Shown: piece by piece, positions 27,479 through 39,203 of the stretch
How positions within the stretch are numbered: position 1 is the first letter of the stretch
Layout of the letters: each line of letters opens with the position of its first letter
Notes under the pieces: model-generated
The model's database searches: none
The model's input: the letters and a program-made list of their open reading frames with translations, nothing else
Told to the model about the DNA's origin: nothing
Source of the DNA: Octopus bimaculoides
Taxonomy: Eukaryota
Length of the DNA: 64,000 nt
Assembly (NCBI RefSeq): GCF_001194135.2
Contig: NC_068982.1
Span: forward strand, 117,627,210 to 117,691,209
Direction of reading: 5' to 3'
Translations under genes and position numbers: made by a program

Positions 27479-27807
27479 NNNNNNNNNNNNNNNNNNNNNN
27501 NNNNNNNNNNNNNNNNNNNNNNNNNNNNNNNNNNNNNNNNNNNNNNNNNNNNNNNNNNNNNNNNNNNNNNNNNNNNNNNNNNNNNNNNNNNNNNNNNNNN
27601 NNNNNNNNNNNNNNNNNNNNNNNNNNNNNNNNNNNNNNNNNNNNNNNNNNNNNNNNNNNNNNNNNNNNNNNNNNNNNNNNNNNNNNNNNNTGTATGTATG
27701 TATGTATGTATATATACGCATATACATTTCCACTGGATCATATACCGCCGATTCTTTACTCTTTTACCAAAAGAAATGACATGAATATAGAGATATGACA
27801 GCTCGCA

Positions 27808-27845
27808 TAATAATGATGATGATGATGATGATGATGATGATAATA

Positions 27846-27889
<44 letters not shown>

Positions 27890-27909
27890 CAATAATAATA
27901 ATAATAATA
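27808..27909. repeat. (TGA)n/(TAA)n array
   Basis: Seen directly; first array of the R4/Dong cluster. Confidence 0.95.
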
Positions 27910-28205
27910 CCAGCAGATGACAACGTTTCCCTAAAAGAAGTGGAAACACTTTCAAAATAAAAAAAACCTGGAAATAGAGGTAACTCGAATGTGGAATCTA
28001 AAAACAGAAACAATTCCTATCATAGTAGGTGCCTTAGGTATAAATACAGAAAATGCACTACTGGGCACTGCACACATTCTACGCAAATCACTTTCAATAC
28101 AGTAACCATAAGAGTATCACAGCAAACCACAGCACATACCCAAGGCACACAGAGTTGCGCTCGGTAGTGAAGTGAAAGCACGTTATAAAAATAAAACTAC
28201 TGAAC
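27910..28205 (+). mobile_element. R4/Dong-clade non-LTR retrotransposon, 5'-truncated copy 1 (young family)
   Basis: PADDNVSLKEVETLSK*KNLEIEVTRMWNLKTETIPIIVGALG (end of the restriction-like endonuclease), then a 3' UTR ending GTGAAGTGAAAGCACGTTATAAAAATAAAACTACTGAA followed by (TAA)n. About 60 bp are deleted internally relative to copy 4. Confidence 0.85.
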
Positions 28206-28224
28206 AATAATAATAATAATAATG

Positions 28225-28315
<91 letters not shown>

Positions 28316-28379
28316 AAGGAGCAGATGGAGCCTCGCCATGTACTGATTAATAATACATCTAGCGAAGGTGTCACAATAG

Positions 28380-29240
28380 AAACACTGATAATTGCACAAC
28401 TTGATAATAGCTAAAAGCAGAGTGAAAAATTCATATTAGCTGCTCCAGACCAAAGCTTATTAACCCGTAACTACCAAGCCAATGTGATAAAAAATGGAGC
28501 TGACCCAAAATGACGATTCTGTAACGATGTTATTGAAACTATAGACCACCTAATCTCAGGGTGTAGAGTCTTAACACCTGTAGAATATAAAGCAAGACAT
28601 GACAGAGTCGGCCAGTATTTACAATGGACAATACGTCGGCATTATAAAATCACAACCGCTGACAACTTGTATAAACACCATCCTGAAGCTGTGACTGAGG
28701 GAGAAAATGTATCGATTCTCTGGGTATTCCCCGTACCTACAGACAAAACTATAAAAGCTAATAAATCGGATATTATCATAAAAGAACAGACAAAACAGTT
28801 TTGTTTATTAATTGATATGAGTATTCCTTGAGATCTCAATATAGCAACGAAAGAATTTGACAAGATCAGTAAATATATATACTTGCTAATAGAAATTGAA
28901 AAAAATGTGGCACCTCAAGGCGACTCCCATACCAGTGATTGTAGGATCTCTAGAATAATAAAAAAAAGGTAATAAAACTAATAAAACTATTTGAAAATGA
29001 TATCAGGCTCCCCATCCCAATAGGAAGTGCAAAACATCGTGTTAACTGGAAAACGCATGTACTGAGAAGAGCATTATCGCTGTGAAAACAACATGGATTT
29101 ATTTATATATTATTTTTTTTAAAAATACATATTTTACCTGTGAATTTGCGTGTGTAAACTGGGAATGCATACTATGAGCTTCTCTGGCCTAGGTATACGG
29201 AAAACACTCGGTGAGAAATGGAAGAAAATTTGAAGATAAA
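28380..29240 (+). mobile_element. R4/Dong-clade element, second (older) family: CCHC finger, RLE domain and 3' UTR
   Basis: SEKFILAAPDQSLLTRNYQ...DPK*RFC...ETIDHLISGC...YKARHDRV...WVFPVPTDKTIKANKSDIII...LLIDMSIP*D...KISKY: a CCHC zinc knuckle, RHD and the PD-D/K nuclease pattern, with stops. Confidence 0.85.
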
Positions 29241-29263
29241 GACAACAGCAACAACAACAACAA

Positions 29264-29447
29264 CCAGGACTTACAAATATATATAACATACAGAAAATTG
29301 CACTACTGGGCACTGCACACATCCTACGCAAAACACTTTCAATACAGTAACCATAAGAGCATCACAGCAAACCACAGCACATACCCAAGGCACACAGAGC
29401 TGCTCTCAGTATTGAAGTGAAAGCACGTTATAAAAACAAAACTACTG

Positions 29448-29450
<3 letters not shown>
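29264..29450 (+). mobile_element. R4/Dong-clade element, 5'-truncated copy 3 (young family)
   Basis: Near-identical to the 3' ends of copies 1 and 4; flanked by (CAA)n on the left and (CAA)n then (TAA)n on the right. Confidence 0.85.
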
Positions 29451-29540
<90 letters not shown>

Positions 29541-29543
<3 letters not shown>

Positions 29544-30088
29544 AAATGCCTTGATGAAGTTCCAGGCAGTGGCATTCATGGTTTCTTATCTTAAAAGATT
29601 GGAAGTTTTATCATGTACATCGTTTTATCTTGGTACAAAAGATGGGCTACAGCAAATATTCTGCTCAATACTAGAGACTTGCTTTTACCATAACCAGTTA
29701 TGCATGTCCCTTATTGGCTGAAGATATGTGCATCTCTGATCATGAGCAGATCTAATGGGGGGGGGCATCCTAGCTATGCGTTGGGAGGAATTCTTTGGGG
29801 TTTGGATAATTCACCTTTGAAATATGGGTGTTCAACGTCCTTAAGTACCTTTTATTCAGGGAAGGTTTGAGTGGGATGGGGTACCCGACGTGAAGAAAAT
29901 TCTAACTAGGCCCCTCCAGCGAGTCCCAATGCTGCTTATCTTGATATGAGATCACTATCTCACGTACATATGGTTGAGATGCGTGTGCTTGGTGTATTCT
30001 TATCAGACGGGTAGTCATGACGGGTATACTGTGTTTCGTATATTTTACCCCAGTGTCACTCTCATGACATTCACTGCTCTCTCACTCA
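29541..30088. repeat. Unclassified ~550-bp non-coding insert bounded by (TAA)n on both sides
   Basis: Higher GC than its flanks, sharp boundaries at TAA arrays, no ORF of 60 aa or more, and no similarity by eye to the adjacent R4/Dong 3' UTRs. Confidence 0.5.
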
Positions 30089-30121
30089 GTAATAATAATA
30101 ATTATAATAACTATTATAATA

Positions 30122-30357
30122 TCAACACTAAACACTTTGTTTAGAGAAGGGTATACTTAAAGTGAATGAGCAGAGATTAGTTGAAGTTAATTCTATAAGG
30201 AGATGAAAGTGGATGACAGAATTGGAGGTAGAAAAGATCACAAGAGAACTTGAAAAGAAAGACTAGGTAGTAGGTAAGATGTAAAACAACATAAGTGATA
30301 CAGCTCTAACCAAAGAAGAACCTAAAGGAAATAATAATAATAATATTATTATTATTA

Positions 30358-30438
<81 letters not shown>

Positions 30439-31856
30439 GAGTCAATGAACTAGATAGGATACAACATACACAAATGAAAGAAAAAATAAAGAAAGAGTAC
30501 TATAGACGAGTTAGATCAATACTAAAAACAGAGCTCAATGCTAAAAACAAGATAATGGGTATCAACACTTTAGCTGTCCCAGTTATAAGCTACAGCTACA
30601 ACATCCTTAACTGGACACTAAACGAACTATGTAAAATAGACAGGAAAACAAGAAAAATAATGACAGGATATAGGATGCACCACCCAAAATCTGACATAGA
30701 AAGGCTATATATACAACGCACAGAAGGTGGNNNNNNNNNNNNNNNNNNNNNNNNNNNNNNNNNNNNNNNNNNNNNNNNNNNNNNNNNNNNNNNNNNNNNN
30801 NNNNNNNNNNNNNNNNNNNNNNNNNNNNNNNNNNNNNNNNNNNNNNNNNNNNNNNNNNNNNNNNNNNNNNNNNNNNNNNNNNNNNNNNNNNNNNNNNNNN
30901 NNNNNNNNNNNNNNNNNNNNNNNNNNNNNNNNNNNNNNNNNNNNNNNNNNNNNNNNNNNNNNNNNNNNNNNNNNNNNNNNNNNNNNNNNNNNNNNNNNNN
31001 NNNNNNNNNNNNNNNNNNNNNNNNNNNNNNNNNNNNNNNNNNNNNNNNNNNNNNNNNNNNNNNNNNNNNNNNNNNNNNNNNNNNNNNNNNNNNNNNNNNN
31101 NNNNNNNNNNNNNNNNNNNNNNNNNNNNNNNNNNNNNNNNNNNNNNNNNNNNNNNNNNNNNNNNNNNNNNNNNNNNNNNNNNNNNNNNNNNNNNNNNNNN
31201 NNNNNNNNNNNNNNNNNNNNNNNNNNNNNNNNNNNNNNNNNNNNNNNNNNNNNNNNNNNNNNNNNNNNNNNNNNNNNNNNNNNNNNNNNNNNNNNNNNNN
31301 NNNNNNNNNNNNNNNNNNNNNNNNNNNNNNNNNNNNNNNNNNNNNNNNNNNNNNNNNNNNNNNNNNNNNNNNNNNNNNNNNNNNNNNNNNNNNNNNNNNN
31401 NNNNNNNNNNNNNNNNNNNNNNNNNNNNNNNNNNNNNNNNNNNNNNNNNNNNNNNNNNNNNNNNNNNNNNNNNNNNNNNNNNNNNNNNNNNNNNNNNNNN
31501 NNNNNNNNNNNNNNNNNNNNNNNNNNNNNNNNNNNNNNNNNNNNNNNNNNNNNNATACAAAGACCTGGAAATAGAGATAACTCGAATGTGGAATCTAAAA
31601 ACAGAAACAATTCCTATCATAGTAGGTGCCTTAGGTATAATAAAAAAATATTCAGACAAATACATAACAAAAATAGCAGGACTTACAAATATATATAACA
31701 TACAGAAAATTGCACTACTGGGTACTGCACACATCCTACGCAAAACACTTTCAACACAGTAAACATAAGAGCACCACAGCAAACCACAGCACATACCCAA
31801 GGCGCACAGAGCTGCGCTCAGTAGTGAAGTGAAAGCACGTTATAAAAATAAAACTA

Positions 31857-31902
<46 letters not shown>

Positions 31903-32705
31903 TTAATAATAATAATAATAGTGCTACTAATAAGGAGAGGACAAATTTCACCAGCCACTTAAGTGATATAAATGAGGAAGATCAGAAGGTTTTAGATGAG
32001 TTGCAGGAAGTAATAATTAAAGAAGTTAGAAAAAGATTGCCAGCATTAAAAGGCACCAATAGAAGGAAGTTACTAGATATCACTAGGAAAGTAGATTCTG
32101 CTATCAGTAGGATAGATAGTAAAAATATAGGAGATACTAATTTACTTATCTATGCAGGAGGGGTAGTAGTCAACTGAAGATTGCGTATCTCACAGTTAAG
32201 GATTAGAAGAAAACAAATGTGGAAATGAAGACTACAAAATAAAGTGAAGACTTTAAGACACGATGTGCATAAAATACAAGCCTGGAAATTGAACAAGTTT
32301 GGAAACACAAGACGCAAATCTTCCCTTGAGAATAGATACTTAGTCAAATAGACAAGATTTGGAGCAGTAATAAATGGTCTGAAACAGCATATAATAGCAA
32401 TTGCGGGGTCGATTTCCAGATATCAGAAAATAATAAATTAGTATCTAAAAAATAAATTATTTGAGACAGACCAGCTCAGATGTATAACTATATAAATAGT
32501 CGAGAACGAAGTACTGAAGATGGGAAACCTTATGCAGAAGAGGCTTGATAGTTCTGGAATGTTCCAGTCAATGATAATAGATATATAGAATGGTTAATGA
32601 AAGTGAGGGAAGAAGTAGCGAGTAAGAAGAAGCCATATCTAAGACTAACCAGTACATTAATGAGTTAAGTGTTAGGGAAAATCCCAAATTGGAAAAGCCT
32701 TTGAC
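30122..32705 (+). mobile_element. Old R4/Dong-clade ORF N-terminal region, split in two (30122-30329 and 31921-32705) by a later insertion
   Basis: VNEQRLVEVNSIRR*KWMTELEVEKITRELE, then after the insert RKRLPALKG..RRKLLDITRKVD...RLQNKVKTLRHD...LKQHIIA...YQK...NKLFETDQ...FW...GKIPNWKS. These collinear pre-RT motifs are typical of R4-clade ORFs. Confidence 0.65.
30437..31861 (+). mobile_element. R4/Dong-clade element, 5'-truncated copy 4 (young family; middle in an 825-N gap)
   Basis: ORF 30474+ MKEKIKKEYYRRVRSILKTELNAKNKIMGINTLAVPVISYSY...IDRKTRKIM...HHPKSDIERLYIQRTEGG (RT thumb). After the gap, YKDLEIEITRMWNLKTETIPIIVGALG and the same 3' UTR as copies 1 and 3. (TAA)n on both sides. Confidence 0.9.
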
Positions 32706-32900
32706 GAGCACTTTGACAACCAGAATTTACTGCCAGAAGAACATTGTACAGACATAGTATCTGGGTCATCTGCGCTTCAAACTTACTCTTAAATCTGTTT
32801 CAATCGATAGAGTGATCATGTTTGTTATCCTCTCCCGTTGGACTGGCTTCACATGAAGAAGCACCTCCAGTGTGATCCCAGTCCAGTTCGCCCTCGTCCA
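32706..32900 (-). mobile_element. Possible RTE-type LINE 3' fragment
   Basis: Weak translated similarity (WRANWTGITLEVLLHVKPVQR...); heavily decayed. Confidence 0.25.
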
Positions 32901-33582
32901 ATAAAACACTAACATGAATATCATTACTAAATTGTTTTTTGCGGTTAATTTTCTACGGTGGGAGGGGATTAAGAGAAACTCTTTTGTGTAGTAGTTTATT
33001 CAGACAGTTGATGTTCTGTTTCAAATTCAGTTGGTACTTTTTATTTGTTTCTAATTCAAATACTTATAAGCAGTATAGATTATCCGATACCATAATTATA
33101 TTTCTATCCTCCTTTTGTCAGGTATGAACAACAGAAATCAATGTTTGTTACAAAAAAATATTTTAAAAATTATTTTAAAAATATTATGAACAGGAGATAA
33201 TCAAGACAAAAAAAGGTAAAAGTGTTGATGACATAGAAAAGTATCTTTTGAACAAGACAATGAAACTGAATAAATTATTGTACTCCTTATATTTTCTAAT
33301 AAAGCCTATGAAGGTAAGATGCACATTCTAATATCAGATAAGACGATGCTTCTTTTATATGTATTACATCTGTTATCGGTAATCCACCGAGATTATATAA
33401 TATATCTCACTATATTCAGGGATTTATATTTTTTTTCTAATAATCAAATAATGAATCCTATTCGCAACGCTTCTTAATGACATTTTGTTAGGTAATTTAA
33501 TTTTTCCTTTGTTGGTTCCTTCCAAAATAGCAGGCATATAAGATATAACCATGCTTGTAACTTAAAACTTTTCAATATGTTT

Positions 33583-33584
<2 letters not shown>

Positions 33585-33639
<55 letters not shown>

Positions 33640-33685
33640 CATCTATCTATCTAGCTATCTGTCTGTCTGTCTGTCTGTCTGTCTC
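33585..33685. repeat. (TATC)n/(TGTC)n microsatellite
   Basis: Seen directly in the sequence. Confidence 0.95.
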
Positions 33686-33914
33686 CAAGCGAAACTAACT
33701 TGCTAGTATACTTACCTCGCTCACTGTGGGGTGGTTATCACCTCTGTCAGTGAATAGACAATGTGCTTTTCGTGATTATAAGGTGTTTGTCTCTTGTTCC
33801 TGGCAATGTCGGTGCTAATCTGCATTCTTAGTCGCTATTACTGACAACTGACTTTTCCTGTATTATTATATTGCGTCCAGCCACCTTCGTTAATACACAC
33901 ACAAACACACACAC

Positions 33915-33973
<59 letters not shown>

Positions 33974-34075
33974 NNNNNNNNNNNNNNNNNNNNNNNNNNN
34001 NNNNNNNNNNNNNNNNNNNNNNNNNNNNNNNNNNNNNNNNNNNNNNNNNNNNNNNNNNNNNNNNNNNNNNNNNNN

Positions 34076-34120
<45 letters not shown>

Positions 34121-35747
34121 TATATATATATAACTATGTTATTGTGTCTATCATTGGACATTTATTTAATCTGCGGAGAAAAGGAAGCATGGCGTATGTA
34201 CAACTAATTTGCCAAATTGAGGAGAAGATGGTACCAATACAAATAGTTTCTAGTGACATTAGAGTTTCATTAGAGAGAGAAAGTGTTTGAACACTGAATG
34301 TATGTGGTTTTCTCCTTTATAAAACTGGAAGCAAATATAGTCTGTATATGAAGAGAAAATATGTATTTTGTGATAGACATCTAATAACTCATATTGAACA
34401 GTTTATGCTCGAGGGAAAGTCTTTGATATAACTACTTAATTTTCTGAACGGGTTTAAACTTAATGTGTTTTGAGTGAGGGTACAATATATGTCAAATAAT
34501 CAAAAATACGACGTGTTGTAATGCAGTACGCAGACACATACACACATAGTATGTACATATGTATATGTTCCTGTGCGTGAATCTATAGACAGACACACGC
34601 ACATGCACAAATATAGATATTGTCATAAGTTGTGTTTAATAGCCAATCAAAATTTGCAATTCGTTTTTCCTTTCAGTATTTACTTTCTATATATGATGTT
34701 TATTTACGAATTTGTTTCTAAATGTTCTCGAAGACCTGGTCATTATGATGACTTGCTATTGCAGTGATTTTAATTGTTCCTGCAGTTGTTTCGTTTAGAT
34801 TATATTTTTTCCGAAAATTCTTACGAACACATTCCATTTTGAAGATAATATAATATATTCCTTTTCGTTTCCACAGAAATAATATATCTTGACACTTTAA
34901 ACACTATTATTCAATTCCAAACGTATTTAATAGAATATGTAAAAATGATTCTAACTAGAACGCTAGTTGAAAGCATAATATGGTTTGCACAGTGTAGAAA
35001 AGAGGAAATACTAAACAGAAAAAAGAAACGACGATGTAATTGTTTTTATAGACCAAAATCAAAACTTGTGCGCCATCCAATGCCTTCTAGTGCTGTATTC
35101 TGAAGCAATACTAATAACTTGAAGTACATATATATTTCATGAATAAATTATGTAACATGATAATAATCAGTTTAGGAAGAGAATGTCTACTTCGTCGTGT
35201 TGTTTAGTGTCACTACGAAGAGGATGTCTATTATGTTGTCGTGTCTATTTATTAGCATTTTTTTTTTTTTGAAAATATATTTAGTCTTTTATCGTAGGTT
35301 TACTTTTGGATGTATTTGAAAATATTTTAATGCAGAAAAATATAAGTTAGAAGCCAAAACATGATGCGTGTTTTATATTGAGAACCTACACTTTGGAATG
35401 CCCGTAGTTGACATATAAGGCTATTTTGTTCTATAAAAATTCATACACTTACTTTTGACACCTTTAAAACGTGACAAAATCTTTGCCTAATATTATGGAA
35501 ATATATTAAGATTCAAAGAATGAAGATATATTTCTTTACAAAATGTGTATGGTTGCTTAATAATTGTATAGCTTCATCTTTATGTATATATTAATTGTTC
35601 CACCTTTCTCACATTCAATTGTCGTTGTAAACTAGTACAGAGTAAAACTATTTTCTAGTCATTATTCAGAAATTTCGTTCATGAGAGTTTTACAGAAATT
35701 AATTTGACTTTCTTTACCAAACGTGGACCAAGATTAAAAAGGACTCC

Positions 35748-36891
35748 GCATGAGGACTCCAGGAAACTGCCCAGTGTGCATATGCTTTAGGATGGTACTG
35801 GCTAAAATTCGAAAGTGAAAACAGTATGAGTGAAAATCTGATAAATTGAAAAAACGTGGACCAAAATTAAGAAGAATAGATACAAACACAGTTTCCCAAA
35901 AATAGCATTCATCTAAATTTTTAAGAGGGAAAAAACTGTCCTAAAGCTTCGACAACTTCACATGAAAGACAAAACAAAAACAAGAAAAGAAAAAGAAGCA
36001 TAGCAAAAGTGAGAAGTAATGAGTGTTTAAGAGTTAAGAGGAATGAATAGAATGTAAATGGTTAGGCACCAGGAGACTGCCATCATTCGGTGAGAGGAAG
36101 TTGTTCTGTAGATGTGTATATCAGTTTGTATCTGAGTCTGGAAGCAGATATGAGAGCGACTGTCGTATGCAGCTGTATCAGTGCGATATATACCTGTGTG
36201 ACTTGGCTCTCTGTCGGTTACGACGACGATAGTTTCAGTTGATAAAACCAACTAGACAACTCGCACATGAATGTTTGAGCAATCCACAAACAGACATACC
36301 CTTAACGTAATTCTCAGGAAGATTCAGTTTGAAAAAAATTAACAAGGCAGTCCCCTTGAACTACATCTGATTTTCCACCACTGAGTAGACTGGAGCAGCG
36401 AGAAATAAAGTATCTTGCTCTAAGATACAATGCACCGCCGAGATTCGAAGGCACGTCCTGACGGTCGTGTGCCGATTATCTTAGCCACTAAGCCACGCAC
36501 CTTGTGGCTGCATTAGCCGGAGGTGGGGACGCTGGATATGACAATGACAGAAAAATCTATCTGTGTCAGGAATACAGAAATACACATGTGATGATGAAGC
36601 ACTTATAAGAGAAAGAATACAGGGGAAGATATTATTTATGTACGTGTGAATAAAAGAAAAAGTAACAAGTTCTAATGGGAAAGCAATTTTTTCGCCTTGC
36701 AGCTGTAAAACATAGAGCATTGTATGTCCTTGAGAAAACTTCTCACTGCGCCCTATAATATTTATCGATAGCAAACTTCAGTATGTGTAGATAAAACTGA
36801 AGCGCCTAAATGCATGAGGACTCCGGGAAACTGCCCAGTGTGCATATGCTTTAGGATAGCACTGGCTAAAATTCGAAAGTGAAAACAGTAT
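35748..36891 (+). repeat. 80-bp direct repeat pair (35748-35827 and 36812-36891)
   Basis: GCATGAGGACTCC(A/G)GGAAACTGCCCAGTGTGCATATGCTTTAGGAT(G/A)G(T/C)ACTGGCTAAAATTCGAAAGTGAAAACAGTAT; 77/80 identical by manual comparison. Confidence 0.95.
36205..36513 (-). mobile_element. tRNA-derived SINE (third family, CORE-like TTG.TC.TAGAGCAAGATACTTTA segment)
   Basis: Minus-strand head AGGTGCGTGGCTTAGTGGCTAAGA...CCTTCGAATCTCGG with tRNA-like A and B boxes, followed by a CORE-like segment. Confidence 0.65.
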
Positions 36892-38156
36892 AAGAGAGTT
36901 TCATTTAGAGATGATAAATCCGATATTAAAAAAAAAATGATAAAATATTAGTGAAATTTGTAGAGATATGACGATTGTTGTGTCTCCGATGTATGGTGAA
37001 AAAAGACGAAGTCACGTAGGTGTGTTATGTGTAAAAGGATAGATGTGTAAAAACAACCCTTTGCATACATGGTACGAGCAAAAATGTTTTTATTTGAAAG
37101 GTGGGGACTCAAAGACAAGGAGAGTATAATTAGCATGAGTGTGTGCTATGATAATCTACTCAGATAGAGCGGGTCATGCACAAATAACTGGTAGAAGTCG
37201 GAAAGAAAAATGGGTGTGTCAAATATGTCAAACAAAACAAAGGATTACCGAAGTATAACAGCATGTATGTGTGATGGTGCTTCTGAGATTGTATGTCTCT
37301 GTACCTGTGTGTATGAGAGTATGAAAAGAGTTAAAGTCGCGATGTGTATATAAGTGGAGAAATGACGGGGGTTGAAGGTTAATTCGTGAGCAACATATGC
37401 GTTATGTCCACTGAAAATGCATATGACAGTTGTGCCTCATATGTGAAGGGTAGCTGTATGATCCTGTGTCATAGAGCATGTGACTATGCGTGCGTATCAA
37501 ATTGGCCAGATGGTTGGTCAATAGAAATGTGAATGTATGTGAAGAGTATGTGGAAAAGTGTATCTACATGTTTATGTATACGTGAATGTGTGTTTGAGCG
37601 TATGTGTCAAAAGCACGACTGTAGGTGGTGAATATATGCATATGTATATAGGTATGTGCAAATATATATATATAAATATATGTTTATGNNNNNNNNNNNN
37701 NNNNNNNNNNNNNNNNNNNNNNNNNNNNNNNNNNNNNNNNNNNNNNNNNNNNNNNNNNNNNNNNNNNNNNNNNNNNNNNNNNNNNNNNNNNNNNNNNNNN
37801 NNNNNNNNNNNNNNNNNNNNNNNNNNNNNNNNNNNNNNNNNNNNNNNNNNNNNNNNNNNNNNNNNNNNNNNNNNNNNNNNNNNNNNNNNNNNNNNNNNNN
37901 NNNNNNNNNNNNNNNNNNNNNNNNNNNNNNNNNNNNNNNNNNNNNNNNNNNNNNNNNNNNNNNNNNNNNNNNNNNNNNNNNNNNNNNNNNNNNNNNNNNN
38001 NNNNNNNNNNNNNNNNNNNNNNNNNNNNNNNNNNNNNNNNNNNNNNNNNNNNNNNNNNNNNNNNNNNNNNNNNNNNNNNNNNNNNNNNNNNNNNNNNNNN
38101 NNNNNNNNNNNNNNNNNNNNNNNNNNNNNNNNNATATATATTTATATATATATATA

Positions 38157-39110
38157 TAGGAAAGGCAAAAACAATAATAAGGTAGAATGTTAAATTGAAA
38201 GCATATTTTAATATAAAGGGGTGTAAGGATTTCAAAAGGATTTCAAACCAACTTTCATTGTATGGCAAATTCTCAAGATAAGGAGAGAAAAAAAAGACAA
38301 AAAAGAGGTTTCCGCAAAAAAATAATAAATATATAAAATATAAATATACCAATATATCATTATGTCTTTAAGCTTTTGAAGTTGACTAATTTTCTTGGAA
38401 AAACTTGTTGGGATGGTTTATAATGTATATGTTTCTGTGTAGTGTTTCTTTTTTATGAAGGCGGGATGCTTATGTGTCAATCAGAAAATGGGGTAGTAGT
38501 AATCAAGAACATATAAATCTCCAGCAATACCGTCAAATTCCACTCAGTGACCGCATAGACTCTTGCGCTACAAATAAAATTCCAAAATTTCTCATTTTCC
38601 CTCTCTATCAATGTAATGACAGAATCTCTACACAAGAAAGAATCAACAAGGAGAATCTTTTTATTGAAACATTCCAAACACATCTTAATATGCAAACTAC
38701 ACGGTGAATGTATTCATTTTTCTAACCTACCGCATTAAATCTAAGAATAGACCCAAGCATCCTGTTGACAAAGAATACCATTTCCTGTTTGATGCATAAA
38801 CATACAGCCTTCTTAACAAAAAAAAAACACTACACACAAACGCATGCATCCTAACCCTTCTAACATGTGTATCCAAAGAAAATTAGTAAACTTCAAAAGT
38901 TTAAAGACATTATGATGTATTGGTATATTAATTTTCTTATATATTTATTATTTTTATTAAATAAAAAGACCTCTTTTTTTCTCTCTTTATCTAAACATTT
39001 GACATGCAATGAAAGCCGGTTTGAAATCCTTTTGAAATTCTTACACCCAAGTATATTAAAATATGCTTTCAGCATAGCATTTTGCCTTATTATTATTTTT
39101 GCCTTTCCTA
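38157..39110 (+). mobile_element. Penelope-like fragment (GIY-YIG C-terminus, 38500-38707) between inverted copies of its terminal repeat
   Basis: ORF 38474-38707 QYRQIPLSDRIDSCA...KFLIFPLYQ...ERINKENLFIETFQTHLN. The reverse complement of 38157-38420 aligns with 38852-39110. Confidence 0.75.
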
Positions 39111-39154
39111 TCATTTCTCCACGTGCAGTTAACACAGCCCCACTATTTACTGAC

Positions 39155-39203
<49 letters not shown>

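Noticed and set aside
27808-31920. CRISPR-like repeat/spacer alternation in the TAA cluster
   Set aside because: The repeats are variable-length microsatellites, the spacers are retrotransposon fragments, the context is eukaryotic, and there are no cas genes.
33716-33743. Minus-strand micro-exon candidates with perfect GTAAGT donors (also ~7584)
   Set aside because: Such donor/acceptor pairs are expected by chance in AT-rich DNA and give no coherent protein.
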